Assembly: GCA_030704615.1 (NCBI GenBank)
Contig: CM060731.1
Location: forward strand, 92,690,001-92,754,000
Direction of reading: 5' to 3'
DNA: 64,000 nucleotides
Source: Takakia lepidozioides
Lineage: Eukaryota; Plantae; Bryophyta
A model generated the notes under the pieces. It saw only the letters and a program-made list of their open reading frames with translations. It was not told the DNA's origin and did not search any database. Shown piece after piece: positions 35,200 through 49,700 of the stretch. Positions within the stretch are counted from its first letter, which is position 1. Each line of letters opens with the position of its first letter. The position numbers were made by a program, and so were the translations under genes.

Positions 35200-36525
35200 C
35201 ACTGTTGAGGGCATTGCTTGTTGTCATGACAGTTTATCTTGGGGCCGTTCCATTGATGACAGGAAACCAAGGCAGTGTTGGAGGACCGATGCCCTATTGT
35301 TTTCTGTAATGACAATTGCAATGCTGGGGATTCGGCCACCTGCAGTATTTAGACTGGCAGCTATATTCTGTAGAGTGTTGATGCACTAGCACTATCTGTG
35401 AGGATATCAAATAAGGTGCAGTCCATGGATGCTTTGGATTCAAATGTGAAGACAGCCACAGTTAAGCCACGGCAAGTAGCAGCTGTAAGGTTGCAGGAGT
35501 TGTTAGCTAGGCCATCCATTGAGCGTACTATGGTGACTTCTGGAGTAGTCTTGGTGGACAATCAAGATGGTATATTTTAGTTGGGTGGCATAACCGGGAG
35601 GAGGTATCGGCCACTACGAGTTTTATTGGACTTGGGAACATAACTATTGATGTTAGAAAGAGCGACAATTGTAGGCTGGGGTCTTACAGGGGCGGATTTA
35701 AAGCCTGTCCATTCCAAATTCAGACATCTTTGGGTGGTCCAAAGAAGGCACGGGGGATCACACGCCATGAGATCTTCATTCGACTACAACCAAATCATTC
35801 CACGGATGGCTCAGTCATGAGAGCCAAAGCTATTGTTATGGACACGATGTCGTATGATGTGTTTGATGGTGGGGCTGTGTTGTAGGTCATGGGATTCATT
35901 CTGGACTTCTGGGAAGAAACAACATCCTACAGGCCAGGATGACAATTAGGGGATGACCGACATACACTGCTTCTAGTGCAGTTTATTGATAATGTAGCTG
36001 TGGATCATAGGAACATGATGCCCACATTGACTGCATTTTCAATGGTGAGCTCTTGGAGGGCAACAACCATACAAAGAATAACCCACCACCTGATGAAGAA
36101 ATGCAATTGGCTGCATACAAAGTTGATTTTTTTTAATTTTTTTTTTCCTCCTTATGTACATGTTCATATGCCGCTGTGGGATATAGTTGGAAATCTGCAA
36201 CAAATAACATGCCAGTGTGTATAGCAAGCATGGTAGGAGGCCTTTTCCATCGATGAATGAGGGGAGCTTGGTGACTTCACTTGGATCTCCTTGGTTCGCA
36301 CCTTTAGACATAGTACCCATCACATAACAACCACCTCACTCAGGAATTTGCCTCCTAGACATATTTGGAGGCATGAACATTGGGCTTGTCATAATGTAAT
36401 AAGCAAGAATCAAAGTACGCAAATATTTGCATGTAAAAAAAGATAAGATAATCCAACGCATTTCCATGCGTCACATTGCCTTGCTCACACACTAGTATCT
36501 TGAGTTGTTGTCTCTCCAATGCTAC
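35200..36525 (+). mobile_element. Decayed Gypsy-like pol fragment: retropepsin followed by a C5-cytosine methyltransferase N-terminus
   Basis: VDNQDGIF*LGG..GRRYRPLRVLLDLGT*LLML (D-S/T-G protease-like), YDVFDGGAVL*VMGFILDFWEETTSYRPG, and from 36331 PPHSGICLLDIFGGMNIGLVIM**ARIKVRKYLHVKKD (DNMT motif I-II-like). Confidence 0.65.
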
Positions 36526-37660
36526 CTCCTAGGGCCGGGCCCGCCCGCCGGCCGCCAAATATGGTATATAAAGTAGGGGAGGGTGCTGTATGGGGCCTCT
36601 CTAGCCTCTAATTCCTTGGCCTCCACTTAAAAATGGGCATATCTAACAAGCACCATCACAAAATTATATATTAACTCAGTAAGTACCTAGGATACTATAG
36701 AATAGTATAGAAGGCTACATGTGGAGAGAGAGGTTCTTCTAGTAACTTGCTTATTCAATCTATTTCCATGAACCTACTCCCAACAAGGGGCTGGGGGCTG
36801 GTCATTATTGCTAGCTTCACTGGGGACGTAGTCCATTGTCTGTATGTCCAACAGCATTGTTAATTCAAAGTTTAAGCAATTCGGGTTGAGGTCTTTCCAT
36901 TTGGCACCATCAATTTTCCTTGTCCGTCAGTACAGCAGCCGGCCAAAACTTCAACGCACACATGTCACATACCTCCTCAATAACCTGTGCGGCATGAACA
37001 CCCACGAGTTTGATGTTGCTGCCTTTGCGTATCATTGTTGATTAAACTTTAAAGCCAGTTTTGGCCGTGCCACCTCATAATAGATTGTAAATGCTGTAGG
37101 TCGGCTGGACAGAAAAAGGCTGACACGGGTAGACTATAAATGGTAAAGAATGTGGCACCCCATAACGTTCAGTTTTAACCTAATTTGACTGAGGCAGTAT
37201 TAAATTAACTCGGAAATAAAAAATCCAGCTTGTGCAAAATCAACGGAACACGGCTATCACTGACCATAGCCACAGGCATGGCTCTCGAGTGATGGTGCTT
37301 GAATTTGCTATCAGAAATCTACCAGATCAATTAAGGTTACAATAATCCTAATAGAGAAAAAAATTTCTTGCACTTTCCACACTATTCTTTCATTGACACT
37401 GATCAGTTCCTTCTTCGTCAAAGTTGAAATGAATTATTTCACAAAGGATCCAGATGGTTGTCTCTTTTTCTAAATATTCAAAGTGCTTGGCTTCTTATCA
37501 GCATGATAAACACTCCACTCTTTGAGGGGTTTGATGCATTGTTTGTTACAAACTCATATTATAAACTCTCCAAGCATTTGTGTGCGTTGTTATGTTATGA
37601 CATTTCTTTCTTTCCTTCCATCCTATGTGACTCTTAATGCTTCATGCTCTCTCTTCCTTC

Positions 37661-40600
37661 CTACTTTCTCTGGTGATTGAACAGCATTTGCAGTATCAGA
37701 GAACAGTTCTCCCTTTCTGCCTGAACATAACGAAGGCCTGTGCCATCAACAGTGATTGACGAGTCAGGACAACACTGCAGTCAGTAAAAAGGACATATAA
37801 AAGTACTTCCCACCTGCAATAACAGCAGCTCACCGACTACCAATCCAATGAGGGCCGATGAGCCAGAAAGAGGATCAGGAAAAGGGAAGGATCAAGACAC
37901 ATGAGGGGAGAAAGAAAGAGCTGGATGTTGACTTGTAAGAAGCAGGACCTGTAACCCTTGTTGAAGATCTTCTCTGGTGTGTGCTGCAGAGATACAAATG
38001 CGTGCCCTAGATAGCACCAAAGGAGTTGCTGGAAACGACGCAGAAACAACCGCTACCTGCACATCTGGAAACTCACTCCATGAAGACCTTATCTTATGGT
38101 CATAAGGAAAGAAATTTTCTTTATAAAAAATGAACGTTCCAATTGCAGGCACCAGATGAAGCTTCAGTTCTATTGCATTTTAGAAGGAATCAGGGTAAGG
38201 GCCAATACAATTTGCTACAGATACACCACACAGAAAGTAAAGAGGTATACGTTACGCTTGAGGCACTCGCGGGAGAAGGCCGGAATCTTGGCAGCATTGT
38301 AGAGCATGATTGGCATAATCGGCGAGTCCTCATCACCGAGCACTGCACATCCCATTTTGCGAAGCTCACCCCTAAAGTAGTTGCTGTTTTCACGCACCGC
38401 TAGAAGCTTCTGGGACCCTGCAAGAATATGGAATAGTCACAGTAGCATTTTCAACTGATTCTAAAGTGGGAACACAAGGGAGGATCCTCTCTGTATCTTC
38501 TCTCAATTTAGCTGGATGGCACTAGGTAGATGTACAAGATAGAACCTTTGATCTATCATTAGCTCATGGGTATCATTAGCTCATGGGAGGGACAAACACG
38601 CAAACCTCGGTCGGTGCCGTCTTCACCCATAACAACTTTGAGGGCAGAGATGACTTGTTGCACTGCTGGTGGGGACATTGCCGTGGCATAAAGATGTCCT
38701 GGACTGACATACCTCAAATATTTCACCAGATCCTGCTACCTCCAGCCCAACCAAGCAACAGATGATCAAAGTACTCGAGGTGGAAGCAGTCAACTTATCA
38801 AATACATGGCAGCTACAAGTAGAGCACAAGAAGGGGGCGAACCTCAGACGCGGCGATGTAGCCGCCACATGACCCAAATGATTTCGTGAATGTGCCCATC
38901 ATGACATCGATGTCTGCCGGATTGACAGCCTGAAGCTCACAGATACCTCTTCCTCTTTTACCGATAGCTCCTATGCTGTGTGCCTCGTCCAAGTAGATGT
39001 ATGCCTGTAGCAAATACTCTTAGAGAAACAGAGTGTGCAAGATTCTGAAGTTACTACTAAGCATTATTACCCCTCCATAGTACCACTACACTCACACTGC
39101 TTATCCTCTTCAAAATTCCATATTACACATGGATTGGAATAGCTACTTCTACTTACCAGAAAAATACGGCCCTTTCAAGCACCTGTTGTTTTCAACTACA
39201 GGATTCTGGGATAGGCAACATCTCATGCAGTGCCACTGAGTTGGACTGTTACTTTCCAGAGAGGGAAGTGGCACGGAGAAAATTACCTTGTATCTCTTGG
39301 TGATAGCCACAATCTCGGGAAGTCGGCAGAGTTCACCCTCCATGCTGTAGATCCCTTCCACCACAACAATAATCTTCTTCCAGGGCCTATGTGTTTGGGG
39401 ATGACCTTTGGTGATGGCTTCCCGCATTACGTGCTCTAAGTGAGAGGGTGCTGCAAAGATACACAGCTGCATAGGTGGGAATTTCCTTACTTACCCATTC
39501 GTCACTCAAAGAGACCTCAGCCTTCTTTCTCGTCTCCTTCAATGTCTTCTAAAGCGGATGCTTCCAAATACTAAAATCCCAAGATACCATATGGTCATTT
39601 CCGTCCAAGTGGAACAGGGGATCACACACCCATGCACCTTGAACGCTTTTTTGACACAACTGAGAGTAGATCCAAAAAAGAGAGAACAAACTGCAAGCAG
39701 TAAGGGGTTTGTCATACTATTGTGTTGAAAGATTGCAACTTTAGCACCAGAGCTACGAGCACCCGCCACAATTGATGAATGGTTTAGCGAGTCACTGATA
39801 ATAAGTCCACCCTGCATTGCCAGAAAGGCGTAAAACTTCTGATTAAACCTTAACATGCAATATATGCTGTTGTCTTTGTTAGCTCCTTCAGAACTATGAG
39901 CCTTCATTAGAGGACAAAATAATCATAGTGAAGACTTCACCTTGCTGATGAGAGCGGGGAGGGTTGTTGAATTTGTGGCAAACCCCATGCCATACACCAT
40001 GGCTGCTGGCTTGCCCACAAATTGGGCAATTTGGTGCTCCAACTCTATATGCAGAACTGTTGAACCTGCATGTATTGTCACGAGTAGTTGCAACACTGTT
40101 ATGGCCACAACTAGGATTCACCAAGTTCACCCATCCTACCATGCTGAAGACATAAAACCACAACTGGCCTCTTCTAGACACTCTATTAAGGATGGTAAAT
40201 GGAAAGCTATCCATGCATAGTTAAAATCATCTGCAGAGGAATGCCTGAAGAAAATTTCAATTTGCTTCACAACTTTTAAGTGACCTGCAGACATGCACAA
40301 AAGTTGTACCAAATCAGTGACGTGTTTGTCTACTACAATCAGATCCCAACGCAGCCTGCAAAACTCAACCATGTCAGAGAACGGAGGAAAGACAAACTCA
40401 CCGCCTTCTACACGGCTGGCACAAGTGCTGGCAGCAAATTTTTCGAGAGAATCAACCACACGTGGCGTGCAATACTCATCCTGAGCGGCAAAGCCTAGAT
40501 AGTTGTACGACCCCAGGTTTAGACATTTACGTGTCTTGTTTGTCCGGCTGCAATATTGCATGGTCATTTGCATGGTCAAATATTCGAGTACAAATTACCC

Positions 40601-42014
40601 GTGGTCTTTTGCAGGGTCAAGTTGGAACAGATGTACCAACATTGAGCAAATCGTGCTTCAGCAGGACTCAATGATGAAGCCATGATACTCCATGTTGGAG
40701 TTCGAAGGTGAGAACTCACATCGGCAGGCGGCAAAAGTCAAGAAACACACAGGAACTCTTAAGAACTAATTGGCTGGGAACCCTTTTCAACATCTTGGAG
40801 TGAGCAAGTCATGGACAAGTTTGGTCCTTGAGGACTTGTTTGCAGTTATGATACAATGGTTGGATCTTGTGGCCCGAAGTTTGAGGAAAATCACCCACAC
40901 GAAGGTCTTATTATTGTCATTTGAGACCCGCTCGACGACCTCGATCCAGCAATTGGGCGCACTAGCGATTGGTCGGTTGAAACAGTCCTGACACAGACCA
41001 GAATACTTAGTTTTTGGGCATACACTCTACTGTTTGCTTTGCAGGAAATACCCATCTTGAATTGAGGGACCACCTGAATGCGGCGATACAACCTTCTTGT
41101 GAAGAAATCTTCATAGTCATTGCAAAGGGGGGCATACCCCTGCTCACATGCCAACACAAAACACCTTCAGAAATCTACACCAGGAGCTACTCAACCCGGT
41201 ACAAGAGAGGGGGAGACAGATATCCTACACTTCCAGGACCTGCCTTTCTTCTGGATTGGCAGACAGATCTCCGCCACAAGGAAAACCTGCAGCTTACTCC
41301 CGCATCCTACAATCCTACAATCCAATCGAGCCTTCCCTCTCACTGAATTTAGTCAGGGCCTCACAGTGGACCATCACTACGGGCTATGCTGCTAGTGTTG
41401 GAGAGTATTAAGCTCATTACAATAAATGTGTGGTCATACCCTCCTGATTAGGTGACAATTTTAATCTCAGTTTCACACCTCGTAAGGGTGTCTTAACCTG
41501 ATGACCAGGTTTTGCTTGATCTGGTGCAGGACACTTGTGTGACAGTGGCACAAAATAGTCAGATTAACGACATCCTGGATAGGTGTTACCGTTAGAACTC
41601 ATTGTGTGAGAGACAGAAAAGAAAGAAACTTATGACGTTCACAAGGACCCCCAGGGCATGGGACAAAGTAGAACAACAAGAAAACCACCTAAGAAACATT
41701 AGAGAGGGATGAGCTTGGAGAGAGGGGAGCTCATCGTATCATTCATCCCCACGGCGTTATAGCCATGGCCCTCAGACTCAACCGTCAAAATCACAAGAGG
41801 AGTGATACACTCTCACACAGCTTGGATCAGCATGAGTTTGACATATTATACAACACGATAAAGAGAAAACAATGTTGGAAGAGGAAGGGAGACCTGCCTG
41901 AGCATGCTCGGGTTTCACGCGACCACGAACAAAGTCGCGCATGCAGCCCAGCATAAACAGTAAGGAAAAAGCGAAGAAGGTAGTCAATGCCTCATAATAT
42001 GGAGCTTTTACCAT
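37661..42014 (-). CDS. LCB2: Serine palmitoyltransferase subunit LCB2 (long-chain base biosynthesis protein 2), ~12 exons
   Basis: Exons: [14 protein letters not shown]; [22 protein letters not shown]; [11 protein letters not shown]; [14 protein letters not shown]; GMGFATNS; [12 protein letters not shown]; EGIYSMEGE; [10 protein letters not shown]...GTFTKSFG (PLP lysine); [10 protein letters not shown]; [19 protein letters not shown]. The last exon and stop are uncertain. Confidence 0.95.
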
Positions 42015-42572
42015 CTCTCTCGTTCTGCGATCTCTACTGTAAACATCGAAAAGTACAATATCAAATTACTCTTCGTTGTCGCTTTCTCTGCTCAGCTACA
42101 CAACATCAAATTAGTTAACCCTTGCTCCATTTGGTTGCTGAGCAAAGTTGTCGTTCCTACATGTCTGTACTTACAACAATTTAATGAGAAACAATCCTAC
42201 AACAGCATCTACATACGTGTCTTTCTTTATGTCGGGAATCATCAACATTTTGCAAAATATCTGTCTCCATTTATCTTCCGCTCCTCGTATTGCAGAATTT
42301 CTTATTCTACCAGCTCCTTCCGTAACCACACAAAATGAAATACGGCAGGAGCTCAAAATCATGATATTCATCGACAACAACTGTTTACCGCGATTCCTAC
42401 TCGCCCTCTCTGCCAGCTTCCCATTCAAACGACTTTTACCACACTTCTACAACTCTCCCCCACGTGGAGAGAGCGCAGAAACCTCCACAATCGTCTAGAC
42501 CCTCACTTCCTTCCCACAGATCCTCACCCCTATAGTCGTCCAAGGTGTGAGTGAGCGACGAAGGCAGCATCA

Positions 42573-42578
42573 TTTATA
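42573..42578 (-). promoter_or_regulatory. Candidate TATA box for LCB2
   Basis: CTATAAAT on the minus strand ~30 bp upstream of a CTCA-type initiator-like sequence (~42550) and ~560 bp upstream of the ATG. A 5'UTR intron is likely (acceptor near 42038). Confidence 0.4.
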
Positions 42579-43711
42579 GCGTAGGTAGGTACCTAGAACG
42601 CACCTACTTTGGTACTATGGCAGGCCCATCTTTAATGGACCTTCAACTATTTCTCACTGGCCTTGCCCATGTCGGTACATCCCACTTGATGTCGTAGGAT
42701 TCGAACCTTCGATACCCAGCTGTGGAGGTTTGACTGGGCTCGGCCGTTGCACGCTGAATCGTCTTACGACGATCTGGCAATTGGGGTTTTCAAGCTCGGC
42801 ATTTGTGCTTCAGTCCATCCATGTGGGTGTGAGCTCAAAATCGTTAAGCAGTTGAGGTTACTTCTAATATGTCTACCTTTCTTATTCTTTTTTAAACTTG
42901 CATTTGTAGTCAGGTGATTAATGAAGATGCTCTCGCTGTCTTTCTGTGTCCACAGACGATCAAGTGGATATTAATCAATCCAATGCAACGACAGGCGAGG
43001 TTTGCAATTAGTATGTCTCTCCAGGTTGCACACCAGCATGCGTTTCTTTTCTCGTTCTTGTAGATTAGAATTCAGCCCATGTTAACTTCTATATCCTTCT
43101 CAAGGAAATGAGACATTACAAGAACTGTAACCCCAAAGTCTGGTGTGCATTCAGACATCTTCGTTAGAGTGGCGAGTATATTCACTCCAAGCTTCAGTCG
43201 GTGCCCCGTTTTGAGTTGCTTTACCGTATTTTCACATTAACGTCTTCAGTTCGGTCACTGACTTTATTGATTGAGGTTCACATGCCATCAGAGAAAGTCA
43301 ATCAAAGTCTGTTTTCTAGGATCTTAATTATTTCGGCTCTACGTATGGTCGTGAGGTTCCAGGGGAAAGGCGGAAGTAATATTCAAGATACCAAGCTGCA
43401 AACCATCATCTCTTTTTGACACTTTTAGCAGGGTCAGCATGTTACTCTACGATCTGCTCTCGATCTGGCAGGTTGAGACTAATACTGTTACACGGGTGCA
43501 GGTTTTGATTCGTGTGATAGTGCAAGGCTTGAAATGTCAGCATTTCCAGAAGGCACGTTGGAGAGGGGGCCTTTGGCAATGCAGCTGCCATGCCATGGTT
43601 GAAACGTCGATGGTGGGCATTTACGAGTAGAATTGTTGCTAACATCTTGTGGAGGCAGTATTGTGTCTAAGGGCATGGAAAACTGTGCTTTTTAGGTTTG
43701 AAGGGTGGGCC

Positions 43712-46700
43712 ATGAAGACAAAAATGGTTGCCTCAAAGTACGTGGTTGTGCTCCTCGCATTTGTGACTTTCGGCATGGCTGTCGGTAAGCCCCAACTGTT
43801 GCAGTGTTATTGGCTACACTCAATGGACGTGTTGGAACAAACCCAGGCTTCTCTTTCATGAGGGCTTTATATTAGTTCAAGGGGTGCCAGAGACAGACAG
43901 ACAGAGACAGAGGAGGGGAACCTCCCAAGGTTGTTTTTTGGGTGTCTGGTGATATAGAGGAGGGGGATTTCTAGTTCATGTTTCCTTACAGGTGTGGTGG
44001 TCGACGTGGCATGGCAGGGGCTTTACTTCAGCTGGCTTTCCTCAAACGTTTTGAAGAAACCAGTGGTATGCATGCTGTTGGTATCATTTTCCTGTTGTTA
44101 CTAGCTGTCATAATGTAGACTAGCTTGACTCTCAAGAATGTCCCGAATATGTTGTTATAGTATATCCTTTTCGTTCCACATGGTTAGTGTGGGGGAGCTG
44201 AAGAAGAATGAGAGGAGATTGAGAAAATTGAGGTTTCCAGGTTTTGATCTGACACCTTCAATAAGTATTTCCATCAGGTGAGAGCAGCCTGTCTTTCTCT
44301 GTTTGTATGGTGTGGATAGTCATGGTATGGCATGTCCCATCGGATGTTGCTGATGAGTTACATGTATATTCCACTCCCATGGTCCCCTCTGGACATTTGA
44401 GAACGTTCATTCATTCATACCGAGTATTCCAGAGTCCCAAGAGTTATAATATTGTGTAGAGACCTCCTAAATAATGGGGACAATCAGGTTAGATACAGTT
44501 GGCGGTAATGGATTGCCACTTTGCTGCTGCTACCTCATATTACAATGTGTGGCATCTTGACAATATGTGAACAGGAGTAGGGCCACACATGTTTCGGAGA
44601 AAGGTACAAGACAATAATTACAATCAGACCTCGCATCTGCCCACTGGTGAGCTAAACCCAAGCATCATTGTTGGTGCAGCATTGTCTCACATTTGAACAA
44701 GCACCTTGGTTAATGATTCCAAAAGTGGAATCTTGTACTTGAGCATTCATAATAAGACGCGTAGGGGATGGTGAAATGAAGAATGTTGCTGTATGCAGCT
44801 AGCGTGAGATTTACATAAGGGCTGAAGAAAGAATGTCCTCCCATTTTGAAGGACATATTCAGCAAGGGACTCTTTCTCTCTTCCACTTTTCCCATTATCT
44901 ACTGTAATGGCTCCTGGTCAAAATTGAAATTTGCCTGTTGGTGGGCATCTGCAGAACTCTCACTGTGGGAAAAGGATGAAGATGCCAGAATACTTCGAAT
45001 TGGACTGGTACATTGACGAATTGGCTGTTCCTTATTTGTTAGGATCTGCAAAGGCAGTCAGTCCTAAGGCAGGCAGACTATTACTCTACCAATCTTGGTC
45101 CTACCATATCTGAGGAACAGTTAACCCCAACGTGTCAGTATATGCTTTGCTTGTAATCTTACATACTCCTTTAGTCTACATATCTATTAATTTGCTGCTG
45201 TCTCTTTGTTGGCTTCAGGAAGAACCCCTATTGCACGCCCATACTTTCTGCATCCAGACCTTAAATACTGTACCATCCTCGTCACTTTTGTGTGACAATT
45301 TGAGGGGTTCTCATGAGCACTTGCAGCCCTCTACTGTCTTGTGTTTCACATAAAATATAGTTAAAAACAGATTCGTTATCTTGGTTTTCCTTTCCCCCGA
45401 ATTGTTGTCTATGTAATGCAGGTGAAACAAGAGATTATAAGTTGGCACCCAAGAATCATCATCTTCCACAACTTCCTAAGTGCTGAGGTATTGTGATTGC
45501 CCTTGTGTATATGAACTGGCAAATGCCCTTTTGTTCAACAATCATTTGTTCTCTTCATCGTCGAGGCCCCATTTCTCGTCTTGCACCTTTATATCCTTCT
45601 CCTTTCAGGTCTCTCCATTGATGAAGAGTTGGTTGAACCAATTTAGAGTACCAACCTGCGGCATCTCTCATTCTCTTTGTTCGTCTGCTTAAATGAAGTA
45701 TTTAAAGGCTTTGTTATGCAGGAGTGTGATCACTTGATCAGTGTTGCACGGCCCAAGCTTACGAAGTCGACGGTGGTGGATGCACAGACAGGCAAGGCAG
45801 GTATCCTAACGTCTGTAGTTTGTCATCTGCACTCGGTCTTCTTTCTCACGGTCAGAAATCTCCAGTACCATGTTTTTGTAGGTGATACGTTCCTCTTTTT
45901 TCCAATGGAGATATACATGGAGCTCTTAGTATGTGAAAATTTTCATGGAGTGTGAGAGTTCAGCTCCTCCAATGAGTATGTTCAGTCACCAATTCACTGG
46001 GAACATGTGTCCTAGGATGGTAGGAACAGACAAGGTTTTCTAAGTGTCCGCGTTTACTTTAATGTGTTATGGGGGCGGTTGAGTACAGGGCATTGAAAGT
46101 AAGGTGCGCACCAGCAGTGGAATGTTCCTCTCTCCATCAGAGAGAAAGCATCCCTTAATTCAGGTTCTGATTTCTTTTTCTTACCGTTGAGCTCGTCAGT
46201 GGAATCCTCTAGGGCAGAGTTAGGTATGCAACTCAGCACATCCAGCTATTTAGTTTAGCTTTACATAGCTGTTTCTCTGGATGAAAACATAGCTACTAGA
46301 ATATCTGGAGCATGTAGGCAGCTACTATATCTCTATCTGTGCATCATCCAAACTAGTCAAGAGGGCTATGACTGCAAAGCTTACTGAGTGCACATCTCTC
46401 TCTCCCTCTCAACTACTGGAGTGAGCCCCTCACAAAGGTAATGTCTGTTCCGTCTTGTTCTGCTCAAACTGGGCACGGGGTCTATGGCCACAAGGGTATG
46501 GCAAACAACTTCTTATTACATCTCATTCTCTCTTTCTCTTTCCCCCAACTTTGAAAGTCTCGAGGCTGAGCCAAAAGCCTAGGATCTCTTTGGGGCCTAG
46601 TTATTGGGCAAACCACACAGCAGATTGATGCTTGTGTAAAGGGATTTCTAGAGTATATCTGGAAGACTCGGATCAGTTGTCTGTTCCAAGGTAAGTCATA

Positions 46701-49700
46701 CTACCGGTGTCAGCCCCTGACAAAGGTAGTTTCTGTCCCTTTGTGTTCCGCTCATACTGAGCGCGTGGTCAATGGCCACAAGGCTTCGGCAAACGTCGTC
46801 TTATGAGTACATTCTCTCTCTTCCCCTTTTTGTTCCGCCCAAACTGGGCGCAGGGTCTATGGCCACAAGGCTACGGCAAACGTCTTATGAGTACATTTTC
46901 TCTCTCTCTCTCTTTAATCTTGGATAGAATATTTCAGGTGGGATAAAGTGATTTTTTCCTATGTATGTCCTGAAATTGACAAGTAGACACTTGCTGCAAA
47001 ATTCATTCCCTGGCCTAGGGCCTTGTGGGATTTATTGCCCATGTGCTGGTTTAAATTTAGGGTTTCAGAACCCTAACCCCGCAATTTAGTGCTCATTTAC
47101 AAAGGTTGTGTAAGCTGCTACCGGAAACTACGACAGTGTCGGGCACACAGCTCACCAAGCTCTGCCTTCAAGAGTTTTTCAACAAGGCTGCGGCTAGCAA
47201 GATTTAAGCGCAGCCTAGCCTTCATTATGCTGGTCAAGCTTCCTATGCAGTTATAGGGAGGCTTTGGCTCAGTTGTTGACACGAACAGGGAGTTATACTT
47301 AGCCCTTACCTATGCTTTGCAAGTACTTCTTGTTACGTGAACGGATATGTGCTGCGTCGCAGACTGGTCTGCCTCAAACTTTCAAGGGTTCTGTGTAATA
47401 TCGCACCTTTACTATTACCTCTTGCAATCTTTCACTTGCTTAGAAATGCATGTTGGACAGCGATAGCAAGTGTGAAGACCTGCTACTACCTCGCGCATCC
47501 TCACTAACACGCATTCTGTTGGATGTGGTGGTTTTTGGGATGGGCGCAGGTGAGGGTCCTACACTATTCATGGAGTTTTAAGCTGTATGTGTAAGTTTTG
47601 CTACAGAGTACACTGGATAGATGATGGAAATCACCTATCGCATGAGGCAGCCACTGCCTAAGAAGAATGGTACAGCGCTTGACGACAGCCTCAGGTTTCC
47701 TTGAGGGAAGTATTTTACGGAAGTAATCTGCCCTTGGGATCTGTTACCAGAAGGTTCTGAAGACCTGTCTTGACTTGGATCAATCTCAGTCTACAGCCCA
47801 GCTGAGTGGTTTCATTTTGACTGTGTCTGCTTTGTTTTAAGACATGGAAGTACCCCTTTTGGGCCATGGTGGAAGACTTGGTTTTGTCTCAGTTTTGAGA
47901 CATGTGATTTTCAGGGAAGTATTCGTTTTGACGCTACTTCGATGAAACCGAATTATGACATGCTAAAAAGGACGAATTTCGGCTTTTTGGAAATCCCAGT
48001 GTGACAGTACCGTGAATACGAATTTCACTTTGATGTCTGTCACTATGAAGAAAGCTGGGGGTTTTGAAGGGTTTCTAACAAACCCCACCACCCACCCCGA
48101 TCACCCAGAAGTGTGAAACAAATCAGGAGAAAAACTTTCTGATCTGGTCAAGTCTTGACAGATCCTTTCTTGTCATGACAAGACAAGCCCTATCTCTCTG
48201 TGGGTGGTACCTCTGTTCACCAACTTTCAAAATTTTGAGGCTGAGCCTAAAGCCCTGGCCCTGTTGGGGTTGGCAGATCACACACAGGAGATTGATGCCT
48301 GTGTGAAGGGCTTTCTAGAGGAAATCTGGAAAGCCCAAATAAATTGTTATATATATGGACTGGATTGAGCCCCTCACAAAGGTAGTGTCTGTTCCCTTTT
48401 GTTCCGCCCGACTGGGCATGGGGTCTTTATGGCTGCAAGGCTATGGCCAAAAGTGTCTTATGAGTACATTCTCTCTGTGGGCACATTTCCTTTTCCTATT
48501 TCTCTCAGATTTTTTTTTTGTTTTCTCTCTCTGCCTCTCTCACACAGATGCATCTGTGAAAGGTAGGTAGAGTGGCAGAGTTTGGGACAACCAATGAGTA
48601 CGTCTCTGTGTGTGTATGTGATTGCAGGCAATAGAGACACGTATTTCAGTGTATGCTATGATACCAGTTGAAAATGGAGAACTTCTTCAAATTTTGCGGT
48701 ATGTTTCATGGTTGTACAAGGATGGCCTACCATCATCATTCAGTTGACCTTACATGCACCCTAAATCTTCAATACAAAGTTCCATCACTGTAGATTGGTT
48801 AGCATGGGTCTTACCATCGGGCTCTGAGAGAGGAATACAGAAAGAATTGATAACCTCCACGGAGGACCCAGAGGGCTGATGGGGAAAGGAAAGAAAGAGA
48901 TTTTATTAGACCCTTCATTTGAGGCCTTTTTATTGCTCGTTGCTTCTTACATTCATGGTTTCACTCTCTGTTTGAGGCTGCTTCCTGTTATGACTTTCCT
49001 TAGCTTTGCTCTATCTAGGGTTTTTCATGAAGGAGTTTCTTAATGTAGCTTGTCTGTAGTCTTGCCCTGTCCCTGATTTAAAAGAAGGATAGGAGAGGTT
49101 CCAGTGACTAGAGGGGCAAAGCGACATGTAGACAGCGAGCCATAGACATGAAAGATGGATTGCTGGGCTGTTGTGCACAATCATCTCTATTCAATCTCTT
49201 CCCTGCATTCAATTTATGCTTTCTGAACTCAATTCCGATGTCAGAAAGGACAGGGCTATGTTTCAACTGTCAGTACTGTTGTCCTGCAGTTTCTCTATAC
49301 CATGGGTTCAAGATGCTACAATGGATTGTCAAGTGTGTGACTGACTTTTGCCGTGACTTTGGCAGGTATGAACCTGATCAGTATTACAGAACACATCATG
49401 ACTATTTTGCTGATGAGGTATCTCATTGCATCACAGCAACTTTTGCATGTATGATGAGGGTTAGCAAGTTGCAGATGTTTACAAATGAATCTGGTATATG
49501 CATAAATCTCATAGTGGTAACGAAAGTTTGAGTCACTGGTGCTCCAGTTCAACTTAAAGAGAGGCGGGCAGCGAGTGGCCACAATGCTCATGTATCTGAC
49601 GGACGTGGACGAGGGTGGGGAGACCATCTTTCCAGGGGTAATTCTTTCCTACCTTGACATGCATGTGTTTATGTTTTCAGGATACAATTTAGCGAAGACT

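Noticed and set aside
42670-42750. tRNA gene (GGTTCGAATCC B-box on the minus strand)
   Set aside because: No convincing cloverleaf or A-box could be built; at most a SINE remnant.
47057-47080. Telomeric repeats (TTTAGGG/CCCTAA; also TTAGGC at ~51346)
   Set aside because: Only one to three units; not an array.
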